Shown here one piece after another: positions 46,910-56,529 of a stretch of 64,000 nt of DNA. Numbering within the stretch: the first letter of the stretch is position 1; each line of letters begins with the position of its first letter. Both the position numbers and the translations under genes were made by a program. Below the pieces are notes generated by a model. That model worked only from the letters and a program-made list of their open reading frames with translations. It was not told the origin of the DNA and ran no database searches. The DNA is taken from IMG/VR virus record IMGVR_UViG_3300044796_000662, positions 1 to 64,000 of that record. One strand, given 5' to 3'.

Positions 46910-46936
46910 GCTTCCTCTTATTCCCTCAGTGAGGGT

Positions 46937-47326
46937 ATGACTGGTCAGGAACTCAGCGATCTCAAGGCCCGTATGTGGCAGGCGCACCACTACCACTGGA
47001 AGGTTGGCAAGGCCAACGAAGTGGCAGAGGAACTTGCAGCGATGGGCGCAACGATGCCGAAGGGTGTCGAGGCGCCCACCGCTCTGCACCTGCTCAAGAT
47101 GATCGAGCAGATCGAGGGTGGGGCTCCGGCTCCGAAGCCTGTGGTCTCGCCCCCGAAGCCCAAGGCGGAACCGCCGATGGTCAAGGTGGAGCCCAAGGTG
47201 GAAGCACCCCCGCCGCCCGCCCCCAAGGCCGAAGAGCCCCCGCAGGTCGAGTCGCACGAAGCTGGCGATGAAGACCTGGCCGAGATGCTCAACGTGCTCG
47301 GCAACCAGGAAATCAAGACGTCCTGA
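46937..47326 (+). CDS. Pro-rich hypothetical protein
   Basis: ORF. CTTAT 15 nt upstream. Confidence 0.65.
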   Translation: MTGQELSDLKARMWQAHHYHWKVGKANEVAEELAAMGATMPKGVEAPTALHLLKMIEQIEGGAPAPKPVVSPPKPKAEPPMVKVEPKVEAPPPPAPKAEEPPQVESHEAGDEDLAEMLNVLGNQEIKTS

Positions 47327-47640
47327 GCTGAGCCTCTCGGATCATCTCGATGAGTGCGCGCATTCGTTGCAGTGAGAGCCACTGCCGGTCGCGGATGCGG
47401 TACGCCCTGTAGATGACGAACTTCTTGGCCTCAAGCGCCAACTGTTCGAGCAATTTCGTCGAGATGGCGCTGTCAGACAAGGCTACAGGCTTGCCTGACA
47501 TTGCGTCTGCAAGCTGCCGGATCGCGATGAACCCTTGACGAAGACCCTGCACAGTCGGGGTACCGTAAAGGGAGAAACGTGCGGCCGCTCTCCTTATGTG
47601 GTTGAAAAAGCTCTTGTCTGGGCCCATGAGCGAGGAACCG

Positions 47641-49134
47641 ATGCGTAGCCTTGCCGATTCGCTGACCTTGCGCGTGCTTCGCCGGGCTGTCGGTGCGAAC
47701 TCGACAAAGCCGATGGTTCTCAATGTCGTGGCGCGCTATCGGCAGGCCATGGAGTTCTCGTCGCCCGAGACGATGAAGGAATACCTTCACGAACACCCGG
47801 GTGCCGATCCGGGCAATCACTGGGTCAAAACCCCGGGTGAGCACGAGAAGAAGCCCGAGGGCGAGAAGAAGGAAGAGAAGCCCGAAAGTGAGGGCGAGAG
47901 CGAAGGCAAGGAGAAGAGCAAGCCGAAGCTCGAAGTCCCCAAGTCGAAGCCCATGGCGAGGCCGAAGGAGCAGGCTCGTGTCGGCGTTGCTGGCAACGAT
48001 GTGCCGCCCCCGCCCAAGCAGCTTCCGCGTCTGGCGAACCTTCGCGAGGACGAGAAGAAGTACGAAGAGCGGATGAACGACGCCTTCGAGAAGAACCCCG
48101 AGGGAGCAGCGAAGGCGTTCCTGGAGTCGTGCGAGAAGAACAACTGGGTCTTCGAGACTGACGCTGCGAAGAACCTACTCCCCGAGTGGTCTCGTCCGGA
48201 CCTCCCCAAGGACGAGAAGACAGTCCATCCCGAGCGTGCCGAGTTCCGAGGCAAGTACAACGCCGTTCTCCACCAAGCGGCCAACGCCATCGCGAAGCGG
48301 GCGTTCGTCAGCCGTCTGGACGAGATCGCGAAGATGCCCGAGGACAAGCGCAAGGTGCTCGTGACCTCGGGCGGTGTGGCGGCGGGCAAGGGGTCAGCGC
48401 TTGCTGCCCAGCCGGATCTCGCCAAGAGCGTTTCCGCAACGTGGGACGCGGCGGGAGAGCAGAACGCAACCGAGAACGAGTGGGTCCTCGAAGAGTGCAA
48501 GAAGCGCGGGATTCGACCCACCTTCCTTTTCGTCCACGCGGACCCGAAGCAGTCCTGGCCGGGCGTTGTCGAGCGGGCCAAGGGGATTGGCCGTATGGTG
48601 GACGCGCAGCTCTTCGCGGACTCCTACGCGGTGGGGTCGAAGAACTTCGCCGACTTCCACGACAAGAACAAGGACGAGGCGGACTTCGTGTTCGGCGTCT
48701 TCCAAGGACGCGGCAAGCCCGCGAAGATCACCGACAGCATGCCTGAAGAAGCGCTCAAGCTCGATGCCGACGACATCTACGAGCACGCCTCGAAGTACAT
48801 CGACGAGAAGAAGGACGACCTTCCGAGCTACATCTACGACGGTGCCACGATCGGGCGTAGGGCGTTCAAGAACGTCTCGGACAAGAACGCCAGCTACCCC
48901 GAGCTTACCTTCCGCGTCGCTGCCAAGCACATCAGAGGCCGAGCAATCATGGCAAACCCCAAGATGCCCCCGCAGGACAAGAAAGAGCTGGACCGGATTC
49001 GGAAGCTCTTCGAACAAGGTCTGTCTGAAGCCTCGAAGGATCCGAAGAAGATGGAAGAGCTTCGGATCAAGCAGGAACAGTTGATCAAGCCGTGGGAAGA
49101 CTACATCAAGGGCTGGAAGGCTCCGAAGGGTTGA
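47641..49134 (+). CDS. zeta-toxin-like P-loop kinase domain protein (RVAxR class)
   Basis: 'VTSGGVAAGKGS', 'FLFVHADP...W..VVERA...GRMV'. Start could be 47626. Confidence 0.72.
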   Translation: MRSLADSLTLRVLRRAVGANSTKPMVLNVVARYRQAMEFSSPETMKEYLHEHPGADPGNHWVKTPGEHEKKPEGEKKEEKPESEGESEGKEKSKPKLEVPKSKPMARPKEQARVGVAGNDVPPPPKQLPRLANLREDEKKYEERMNDAFEKNPEGAAKAFLESCEKNNWVFETDAAKNLLPEWSRPDLPKDEKTVHPERAEFRGKYNAVLHQAANAIAKRAFVSRLDEIAKMPEDKRKVLVTSGGVAAGKGSALAAQPDLAKSVSATWDAAGEQNATENEWVLEECKKRGIRPTFLFVHADPKQSWPGVVERAKGIGRMVDAQLFADSYAVGSKNFADFHDKNKDEADFVFGVFQGRGKPAKITDSMPEEALKLDADDIYEHASKYIDEKKDDLPSYIYDGATIGRRAFKNVSDKNASYPELTFRVAAKHIRGRAIMANPKMPPQDKKELDRIRKLFEQGLSEASKDPKKMEELRIKQEQLIKPWEDYIKGWKAPKG

Positions 49135-49159
49135 ACGAGGCGGTGTAGGAGAGCCCTAC

Positions 49160-49888
49160 ATGACCTCCACGTTCGTGATCCAAGAGGGGGACGCTCTCCT
49201 GCATTACGCGAACTGGCCCAAGCCGGCCGTCATCATCTCCGATGGTGTCTACGGAACGAGCGCGTGGCCGGGGGACCTCGACAACCCCAACGGGATCATC
49301 GACTGGTACGAGCCCCACATCGAAGCGTGGACGTCCTACGCCGGCGAGCAGACGAGTCTATGGTTGTGGTGCAGCGAGGTTGGTTGGGCAACCCTGCACC
49401 ACATTCTGTCCGAGTACGACTGGACGTTCCGCGGATGCAACGTCTGGGACAAGGGTCTCGCGCACGCGATCCCGAGCGAGGCTGGTGCTCTGGCCTTCCC
49501 CTCCGTGACCGAGCTGTGCGTGCACTACGTGCGTGACCCGGACAAGGCGAAGTTCAACCTCCCCTCCGCGACCACGAACACCTGGCGTGAGCCGACCGTG
49601 CGAGGTGCTGAGCGTGTGAGTCGCGCCAAGGTCGGGCAGAAACCGCTCCGCCTCATGAACCTCATCATCCAGGCGTCCAGCGACCCCGAGGACATCATCT
49701 GGGAGCCTTTCGCAGGCGTGGGCTCGGCGAGCGTGGCGGCCTTCCAGAGTGGCCGTAAGAGCTACGGTGCCGAGATCAATCCGGCTACCTTCGAGATGGC
49801 TCAGGCTCGCATCGAAGCGGTCACTGACGCGGAGGGGGCTCTCCGTCGTCAGATGGAGCTGTTTGCCCACGCGCAGACAATCGAGTAG
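49160..49888 (+). CDS. DNA N6-A/N4-C methyltransferase (beta class)
   Basis: 'IISDGVYG', 'QKP.RLM..II..SS.P.D.IWEPFAGVGS', 'GAEI'. Confidence 0.85.
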   Translation: MTSTFVIQEGDALLHYANWPKPAVIISDGVYGTSAWPGDLDNPNGIIDWYEPHIEAWTSYAGEQTSLWLWCSEVGWATLHHILSEYDWTFRGCNVWDKGLAHAIPSEAGALAFPSVTELCVHYVRDPDKAKFNLPSATTNTWREPTVRGAERVSRAKVGQKPLRLMNLIIQASSDPEDIIWEPFAGVGSASVAAFQSGRKSYGAEINPATFEMAQARIEAVTDAEGALRRQMELFAHAQTIE

Positions 49889-50188
49889 TCGTCCGCTTGA
49901 GGTGCCTTGCGATGGCACACGCAAGCTGCCACCTGTTCTTCGTGCCAACAGGCACTCCGAGGTACATGGCCAGGCGTCGGAGGTCTTCGATCTTGCCCTT
50001 GTAGAGGGTGTCAGCCGAGATGTACCTCATCCTCGGACTCCTCTTCCACGAAGGGTCCAGGTCCCTCGGCACCTTCGTCCCAACCAATGCCACACGGGCA
50101 AGAGAAGTGCCCACAGCCTGGGCAGCACTCCTTCATCGCCGAGTGGTCGCAGAAGACGGCTTCGTAGACGTACGTCACAACCTCTAGT

Positions 50189-50917
50189 CTACACCAAGCC
50201 CAACGTCTCGACCAGACCCCCAACGGCCGCTTCGAGAACGTCCAGGCTCTCGGAGTGGTTGAGCAGGTGATAGTCGAAGAGGGAGTCCGGGATCGCGTTC
50301 TGTTCCGTTTCGCTCTGGTGCTTCGCCGATGCGCCCACGAGGCCCGAGTTCTTGCGGACGATGCGTACGACCTTGCCGCCGGCTGCCGAGACTGCATCGA
50401 CCTCGTTGCGGAAGCGAACGTCACTGATCACGACCCCCTTGGGCTTTGGACCCACCGGGACATTCGTGACTGCGAGCCCGCCCTTGGCGTTGTACGAGTA
50501 GTGGACGCTGCGGAGGATGCCGCTCTTGTGCAGGAGATTGTCTGCCACACGCAGCGCGTAGTCCACCCACACGTTCTGGTAGCAGTCCCGCCCCCACTCG
50601 CTGCCCAAGAGCTGCAAGGCGAGCCGAGGAGTGAGGAAGCACGCCTTGTTGTCCGCCTCCTCGTAGGAGACGTTGCAGCACCCGCAGGCCATCCCCTCCT
50701 CGTAGATCGAGTGTGCCCGAGGATAGCGCTCGTCGGCGGCGTTGCGCATCGCGCTTGGCCCCCAGAGCTGCTCGTCGGTGAAGTTGAAGACATCCTTGCA
50801 GATGCGCTTGAGCGGGTCAGCGAAGGCCACCTTGACGAACCCGTGATTCTTCACGAGGAAGTCGGCGACCGTATCCTTGCCTGAGCCCGCGACACCACAT
50901 AGACCGACGACGTTCAT
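50189..50917 (-). CDS. deoxynucleoside monophosphate kinase
   Basis: 'GVAGSGKDT', 'AFADPLK', 'TPR..LQ.LGSEWGR', 'ISDVRFRNE', 'HQSE'. Confidence 0.92.
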   Translation of the reverse strand: MNVVGLCGVAGSGKDTVADFLVKNHGFVKVAFADPLKRICKDVFNFTDEQLWGPSAMRNAADERYPRAHSIYEEGMACGCCNVSYEEADNKACFLTPRLALQLLGSEWGRDCYQNVWVDYALRVADNLLHKSGILRSVHYSYNAKGGLAVTNVPVGPKPKGVVISDVRFRNEVDAVSAAGGKVVRIVRKNSGLVGASAKHQSETEQNAIPDSLFDYHLLNHSESLDVLEAAVGGLVETLGLV

Positions 50918-50984
50918 GCGCCTCCACGTGAGCCGTATGGGCCCAGCGTGGCCGTCCCTACACCACTTGTGGCCGTGCCATCAT

Positions 50985-51458
50985 GTGGAGCCGATCAGCA
51001 AACGGGTAGCCCTACGGTACGCGGCCAAAGCTGCCGAGACCGCGGAGTCCTTCGCGGCCGCTTTCTTCGCCAAGCACCCGCATTTGCAGAGGTTCGCGCC
51101 TCGACGTGTGCTGGACAAGGCGGCAGGAGGCTCCGGCTCCCATCCCGAAGCTCGCCAGAGCGGCAACGAGATCTGGCTCTTCCCCAAGTTCTGGCACCTC
51201 GACGACAAGATGCGCGACTTCGTGTTCGCCCACGAGCTTGGGCACTACACGCAGAGCGAGACTCTACCCGGGTCGAAGTTCATCGACGCGTGCAAGGAAC
51301 TTGACATCGACCCGTGGGACACGTCGAGCCTTCCGTTCGGACAGGGCAACATGGACGAGGCGTTCGCGGACAGCTTCGCAACCTACTTCCTCGATCACGG
51401 GGACCTGCACCACCGCTACCCCAAGTGGGAGACCCTGGTACATCGTGTCGTGGGTTGA
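50985..51458 (+). CDS. small zincin-like protein (RVAxRY class)
   Basis: 'KRVALRYA', 'FAHELGHY', 'DEAFADSFATY'. Confidence 0.75.
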   Translation: MEPISKRVALRYAAKAAETAESFAAAFFAKHPHLQRFAPRRVLDKAAGGSGSHPEARQSGNEIWLFPKFWHLDDKMRDFVFAHELGHYTQSETLPGSKFIDACKELDIDPWDTSSLPFGQGNMDEAFADSFATYFLDHGDLHHRYPKWETLVHRVVG

Positions 51459-51824
51459 ACGCTGCACCGGAGACCTTGGGGCTTTCACGGGTCTCCCCAC
51501 ACCTGGCAGCCTTTTGACCCCAACTCGCACGCGCGTACGAGTATCGGTATCTGCTCAGTTGGTACTGTCGTCTCCGATGCAGCGTCCAACACACGATGGA
51601 AGCCCCCACCGGGATTCGACCCGGGTCTCCGACTTTATAGGTCGGCGTGTTCATCCTCGGCCCACGAGCCGATCGTATCTCGTGGTACCTGCCCGCCCTG
51701 GCGCCAGAGAGCGCAGGTTTTTCCGGTGGATGCGCGGTCGAGCTGCTCCGCCTACTACTATGGGGACCCCCAAACTACAACCCCAGCGAGCGCGGAATCA
51801 ACTTGTCGAGCGAGATAGGTTGTG

Positions 51825-52100
51825 ATGGTGGGATCAGCCTGGGAGAACTTGGGAGCGTTGATCACGGCAACGGCCGCAGGCGTAGCTTGGGGGGCCTACC
51901 AGGCGATGCAGTGGGGCGACCTTGGCATGTCCTCTGGCGTCATGTTGTTCGGGCTCCTCATAGCCTACCTGGGGTTCCGTGGGCGCATGAACGCACAGGT
52001 CGAGGAGAAGCGCCTCGAAGTCATGCTGGAAGAACTCAGGGCGCCACGTCGGAGTCTTGTGTCATCGTCAGGACATCGGGATCCAAGCTCCCACGATTGA
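51825..52100 (+). CDS. small two-TM membrane protein
   Basis: Two hydrophobic segments. Confidence 0.5.
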   Translation: MVGSAWENLGALITATAAGVAWGAYQAMQWGDLGMSSGVMLFGLLIAYLGFRGRMNAQVEEKRLEVMLEELRAPRRSLVSSSGHRDPSSHD

Positions 52101-53769
52101 CCAGCGTGCGCATGAGCGACGCCACCCGCTTCATGGTCGCATCGTTCGGGGGCGGCGCCTTGCTCGGGTGTGGAAGCAACATCGCGAGGTAGAACGCCTC
52201 CTGCGCGGTCAGCTCGCTCGGCTTCTTGTGGAAGTAGGTCTGCGTCGCGTTGCCGATGCCGTAAAGGTTGGGGCCGTACTGCACCACGTTGAGGTACAGC
52301 TCCATGATCTGGTCCTTCGAGAGGCAACTCTCCAGCGCCATCGTCAGGAACGCCTCCTGGACCTTGCGCCCGATGGTCTTGGACCGCGTCAGGAAGACGT
52401 TCTTCGCGAGCTGCATCGAGATGGTCGAGCCGCCACGAATGAAGCGCCCCTTTTCCACGTCCGCCTTGAGGGAGTTCTCCAGCGCGGCGGGCACGAACCC
52501 GTGATGCGTGGGGAACGCCTTGTCCTCCATGTTGATGACCGCCATAGGCATCACCGGAGAGATGTCCTTGAGCGGCGTCCAGCCCTGCGTCCCGGGACCC
52601 GCGACGGCGACGGCAACATCGTCCCCCTCCCCGTAGTCCACGTAGATCGTGTGCTCGAACGGCTTCTTGAGCGCCTCGATGGACTTCACGGGGCAGACCG
52701 CCTTGCAGGTGTTGGTCATCGAGACCTTCACCTCCGGCTTGAAGTGCACGTCGAACCCGAGGCGGCCGGTGAAGCGCAGGCCATCGAACGCCTTGGCCTT
52801 CAATTCCTTCGGCAGCGTCTTCAACCAGTCGTTGCACTCATTGTCACCGGAGACGCCATACGTCTTCGGGTCGAGAACGAGTGAGGTGCTCCCCACCTGA
52901 ACCGTGAGGGTCTGCTCGCGCACATGCTCGGGGTTGAATGACGTGCGGATCCCCTCAATGGTCAACGGCTGGTCGAAGACACGGTTGGCGAGAAACGACA
53001 GGCTGTTGGCGTTCACGTCCACACGTGAAGGCTTGCCTTCCATCGCCCAGTAGTTCAGACGCACCTGGTCCAAGGTCGTCTGTCCTGAGCTGATCTCCTT
53101 GACCGTGACGACCCTGGAGTTGGATGCTTCCCGGTCGTCCGTGTAGTCCACGTCCTCGAAGAAGACGTTGTCCGGCTCCATGTCGTCCGGGATGAGGGAG
53201 GCGACCTTGCTGCCCATCCCGGGGATCGATGACAGCATGATGCGGACGATCCCCAGATGAGCGTGCCGCTTGTCACGCGACACGCACCCGGGACGCTCCC
53301 CCCACGCGAAGACACCGTTGTCGTCGTGGTAGGCTTGGAAGCTCTCGAAGCAAGCTTCGCTGTCGTTCACGCGCAGCCCGTCGATGGCGACGGAGTAGTC
53401 CCCCTTGTGGACCGTTCCGGAGAGCCCGCTGGCTTCGATGCGGTGCTTCTCGGCGCCTTCGCTGCTGCTCCCCTGGCCCTCTCCGAGAACGTAGTCGAAC
53501 TTGCCACCCTCGATCTTGACGGACTCGTCATTGATCGAGACCGTCACGAGCGGGAAGGTACCGTGAAGGTTCGCCTTCTCCACGAGGACGTCGTGCAAGA
53601 CCACCTCGTGACGGTGCACCTCGATGGCACCGCGCACGTGGACGTAAGGCGCCCGCTCCGCGATCTTGTTCCGCACGTACGTGGGCGCGTAGCGGTACAG
53701 CCCGTAGGCGCTCAACCCGAGGACGGCGACGGACGCCCCTGCGATCACGAGACCCTTGCGCAGCTTCAT
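52036..53769 (-). CDS. monofunctional peptidoglycan transglycosylase (GT51)
   Basis: 'EDKAFPTHHGF', 'GGSTISMQLAKN', 'RKVQE', 'KDQIMELYLN'. N-terminal TM. Confidence 0.92.
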   Translation of the reverse strand: MKLRKGLVIAGASVAVLGLSAYGLYRYAPTYVRNKIAERAPYVHVRGAIEVHRHEVVLHDVLVEKANLHGTFPLVTVSINDESVKIEGGKFDYVLGEGQGSSSEGAEKHRIEASGLSGTVHKGDYSVAIDGLRVNDSEACFESFQAYHDDNGVFAWGERPGCVSRDKRHAHLGIVRIMLSSIPGMGSKVASLIPDDMEPDNVFFEDVDYTDDREASNSRVVTVKEISSGQTTLDQVRLNYWAMEGKPSRVDVNANSLSFLANRVFDQPLTIEGIRTSFNPEHVREQTLTVQVGSTSLVLDPKTYGVSGDNECNDWLKTLPKELKAKAFDGLRFTGRLGFDVHFKPEVKVSMTNTCKAVCPVKSIEALKKPFEHTIYVDYGEGDDVAVAVAGPGTQGWTPLKDISPVMPMAVINMEDKAFPTHHGFVPAALENSLKADVEKGRFIRGGSTISMQLAKNVFLTRSKTIGRKVQEAFLTMALESCLSKDQIMELYLNVVQYGPNLYGIGNATQTYFHKKPSELTAQEAFYLAMLLPHPSKAPPPNDATMKRVASLMRTLVNRGSLDPDVLTMTQDSDVAP

Positions 53770-53809
53770 CGCACGAGGGTGCCTCTATCTCGACCGTTTC
53801 GTCAAGTAG

Positions 53810-54463
53810 TCAGGGAACGAGTTGACCGAGAGATCGCCTGAGATTTTCGCGCGCCCGCACCTCGAAGATCGACCTGAAGCGGGATGTCACGTAGATGTGC
53901 GAACGTGCCAGGAAGTCATTGAGGATCTTGCCTCGCCCGAGCCTGTACTGCTCCCACGGGACGAACTCGTACTCGGCGCGGATGTCCTTCTCGTACTGGT
54001 CAAAGACCTCCGGGGTCTCCCCGAGAATCGAGAGGTCGATGTCCACCATGTACTGGTAACGGTCGGCCATGGTCTCGACGCTGGCCGCGTGCTTCGTGTA
54101 CCCAATCATGTCCGCGACCTCTGCGAGAAGCTTCTCGTTGAGCCCCATCCGACGCCCCGCCCGGTGCATCGCGAAAGTGCTCTCTTCCTCGTTGTTCGAG
54201 CGGCCAGGAATGTAGACGTAATCGTGCCACCAGAGCGCCAATTCCACGTGGTTCAAGTCCGCTCCCACGGGCACGTGAGCGTCCAGGAGGTCCAGGCACG
54301 CCTTGATGTGCACGAGCGAGTGGTAGTGCCGGACAGGCCCGTAGTACGCCTTCACGAGGTCCGTGTAGACTTCGTCCGCGACGTCCATGTCCGCGCCGAG
54401 ACGCTTGGCGAAGAGCATCCAGCGGGTTTCTAGCTGCTCGGAAAGCATCGTCTCGGTGGTCAT
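53810..54463 (-). CDS. HD-superfamily phosphohydrolase (COG4339-like)
   Basis: 'RHYHSLVHI', 'WWHDYVY', 'NEEES', 'DIDLSILG', 'IRAEY'. Confidence 0.88.
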   Translation of the reverse strand: MTTETMLSEQLETRWMLFAKRLGADMDVADEVYTDLVKAYYGPVRHYHSLVHIKACLDLLDAHVPVGADLNHVELALWWHDYVYIPGRSNNEEESTFAMHRAGRRMGLNEKLLAEVADMIGYTKHAASVETMADRYQYMVDIDLSILGETPEVFDQYEKDIRAEYEFVPWEQYRLGRGKILNDFLARSHIYVTSRFRSIFEVRARENLRRSLGQLVP

Positions 54464-55092
54464 CACTTGGTCTCCTTGGGGTCGTCCAGGAGCTTCTTCA
54501 AGCCGCGGGGGTTGATGATACCACCATGACCCCCGGGTCTTGGCGTACGACCGTCGATGTACGCGCTCACGTCGGCTCCGTAGCGGCAACCGATGAGCCC
54601 TACGTCCACCTCCTGGTCGATCTTGCGGATGATGCCTGTCGGATCGATGTGAACCGTCACGCGCCAGGACATCGAGTCGCAAGTCATCTCCCCGGTGGTC
54701 ACACGGATGGAGGACGGTCGCAGCGCGTGCACGACGTTGAGTGCCGCGTTGTTCCATGGCCTCCCGTTGAGGAACTCCAAGACCGGGATGACCGTGCCGC
54801 CCCAACGGTCCAACTTCTGAGGCTGCACACTCCAGGTGGAGCGGTACTTGTCGGATTCGTCAGTCTCCGTCCAACGGTGGGGTTGCAGCTCCTTGTCCCA
54901 CTCTTCGGCCTCCGGACTGCCGGAGACGACCTCGTAGCACTTCCAGCCGATAGGGACCTGCTTCGGGTCATCCCCGGGCAGGACCGTGACGCCTTCTCGT
55001 CGTGGAATCACGATGTCCGGTTTGGGGGCATCGACCGTCAGTCTAAGCTGCGCGGGATCCGTGATGAGACGGTTCTTCCAGTCGTCACTCAT
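54463..55092 (-). CDS. hypothetical protein with peptidase-inhibitor-I78-like segment
   Basis: 'IRV..GEMTCD...WRVTVHID..G.I..I'. Confidence 0.6.
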   Translation of the reverse strand: MSDDWKNRLITDPAQLRLTVDAPKPDIVIPRREGVTVLPGDDPKQVPIGWKCYEVVSGSPEAEEWDKELQPHRWTETDESDKYRSTWSVQPQKLDRWGGTVIPVLEFLNGRPWNNAALNVVHALRPSSIRVTTGEMTCDSMSWRVTVHIDPTGIIRKIDQEVDVGLIGCRYGADVSAYIDGRTPRPGGHGGIINPRGLKKLLDDPKETK

Positions 55093-55108
55093 GCTCGGCA
55101 CTACACCG

Positions 55109-56218
55109 TCAGTCGAAGACCGAGGACACAGAACCGAGCATGACACGGATGCGGTGTCGGCTGCCAAGTTGGTAGGTCTCGAACTCGCTGTAGCTCTTCG
55201 GCGTGTACGGCCAGGAGTCGCCCTTGCGGCCCGTGAACGTGACCGTGTAGCTCTCCTCGCGACCGGACTCACGCTCCTGCTCCCCATCCTGCAAGGGCGG
55301 CGGAGTCGTGTCGGGCCACCTGACATCGGACGTGGTGCCGTTCGCCATGGCGTCTCGGTTGTGCCCCCAACCCCAGAAGTCCCACTCGTAGAAGTCCGCG
55401 TAGATCGGCAGGTCTGCGTAGTCGTTCACGCTGCATGTCTTCGGGTCGCAGATCGTGGAGCAGACAGGGTCCGCCTGCGTGCAGCTCTTGAAGCCGTTGT
55501 TCAGCTTCGTGCACACGGGCTTGGGCGTCGTGCAACTGCTCCTGTCCGTGCGGCAGTTTTTCGTGCCACAGAGGGACGCGTCGGTCACACGGTGATGGCC
55601 GACCAGGACATGGTAGTTCCACCCGTTCTGACGCTGCCCGTCGTTGACGAGGTTCAGCGCACCCGAGGGCACGGTGAAGCCGCTGTCATGCCGCAGCGAG
55701 TAGCGGTCGATGTGGATGGTGCGCTGCCAGGCGAGAGCCGTGACCGTGCCGTGCAGGTCGAGGGGCTTGAAGAGGAAGTAGCCGCCGATGATGAGCGCCA
55801 GGACGATCGGGATAGCGATGGCCCACCATGGCAGGCCCTTGGAACGACGGCGCGTTTCCAAGATGGGAGGGGGAGCGTAAGACGACATGGTCTTCCGCCC
55901 TTCAGGCCGGGTCGGAGCTTCAGAGGAGAATGAGCGTGCGCGGGGAGTCTCCCCCTGGTCCTGCGAAACGCCGCACTGCACGCACTCCCCGCTGTCCCGA
56001 CGCTCGGCCGAGCCGCAGAAACGACACTTCCAGTCCACCCCCGCAGCCGCCTGCTCGACGAAGGACTCGTCGGCCACGGGCGTCAGACCGCCGTCGTCGA
56101 TGTCCCCATCCACGTCTGTCTTCGGCTTCCCGCAGACCTCGCAGACCTTGAGGTGGCCCTCGTTGAGGTGCTTGTTCTCACACTCCCACTTCAACTCGAC
56201 GAAGAACTGACGCGACAT
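55109..56218 (-). CDS. zinc-ribbon + TM + Cys-rich extracellular protein
   Basis: 'WEC..', 'DWKCRFCG', TM 'WWAIAIPIVLALIIGGYFLF'. Confidence 0.75.
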   Translation of the reverse strand: MSRQFFVELKWECENKHLNEGHLKVCEVCGKPKTDVDGDIDDGGLTPVADESFVEQAAAGVDWKCRFCGSAERRDSGECVQCGVSQDQGETPRARSFSSEAPTRPEGRKTMSSYAPPPILETRRRSKGLPWWAIAIPIVLALIIGGYFLFKPLDLHGTVTALAWQRTIHIDRYSLRHDSGFTVPSGALNLVNDGQRQNGWNYHVLVGHHRVTDASLCGTKNCRTDRSSCTTPKPVCTKLNNGFKSCTQADPVCSTICDPKTCSVNDYADLPIYADFYEWDFWGWGHNRDAMANGTTSDVRWPDTTPPPLQDGEQERESGREESYTVTFTGRKGDSWPYTPKSYSEFETYQLGSRHRIRVMLGSVSSVFD

Positions 56219-56256
56219 GCCCCTATTCTTACACCAGGTGGTGTATCGTGGGCACC

Positions 56257-56529
56257 ATGTCCGAGCTAACGGGATGGACGAAGGTTGGGGACAAGATCGA
56301 AGGCAAGGGCAAGTGGGTCGTCTACCGCCTGAAGAAGGGGTTACTGCCCACGCCCACCATCGTTGGCGAGGAGTTCGAGCCGACCGATGCGAAGAAGGCC
56401 CTGCGTGAGTATCAGAAGCGCGCCACGGAGATGACCACGAGCAACCGCAGCGGGGGTCTCTGGCTCGTGAACCCGGAAGGCGTGGTCGCCAGCGTCGTCT
56501 TCATCGCCCCGCAAATGCGCTTCTATTGA
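56257..56529 (+). CDS. hypothetical protein
   Basis: ATG 11 nt after TGGTGTA. Confidence 0.65.
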   Translation: MSELTGWTKVGDKIEGKGKWVVYRLKKGLLPTPTIVGEEFEPTDAKKALREYQKRATEMTTSNRSGGLWLVNPEGVVASVVFIAPQMRFY

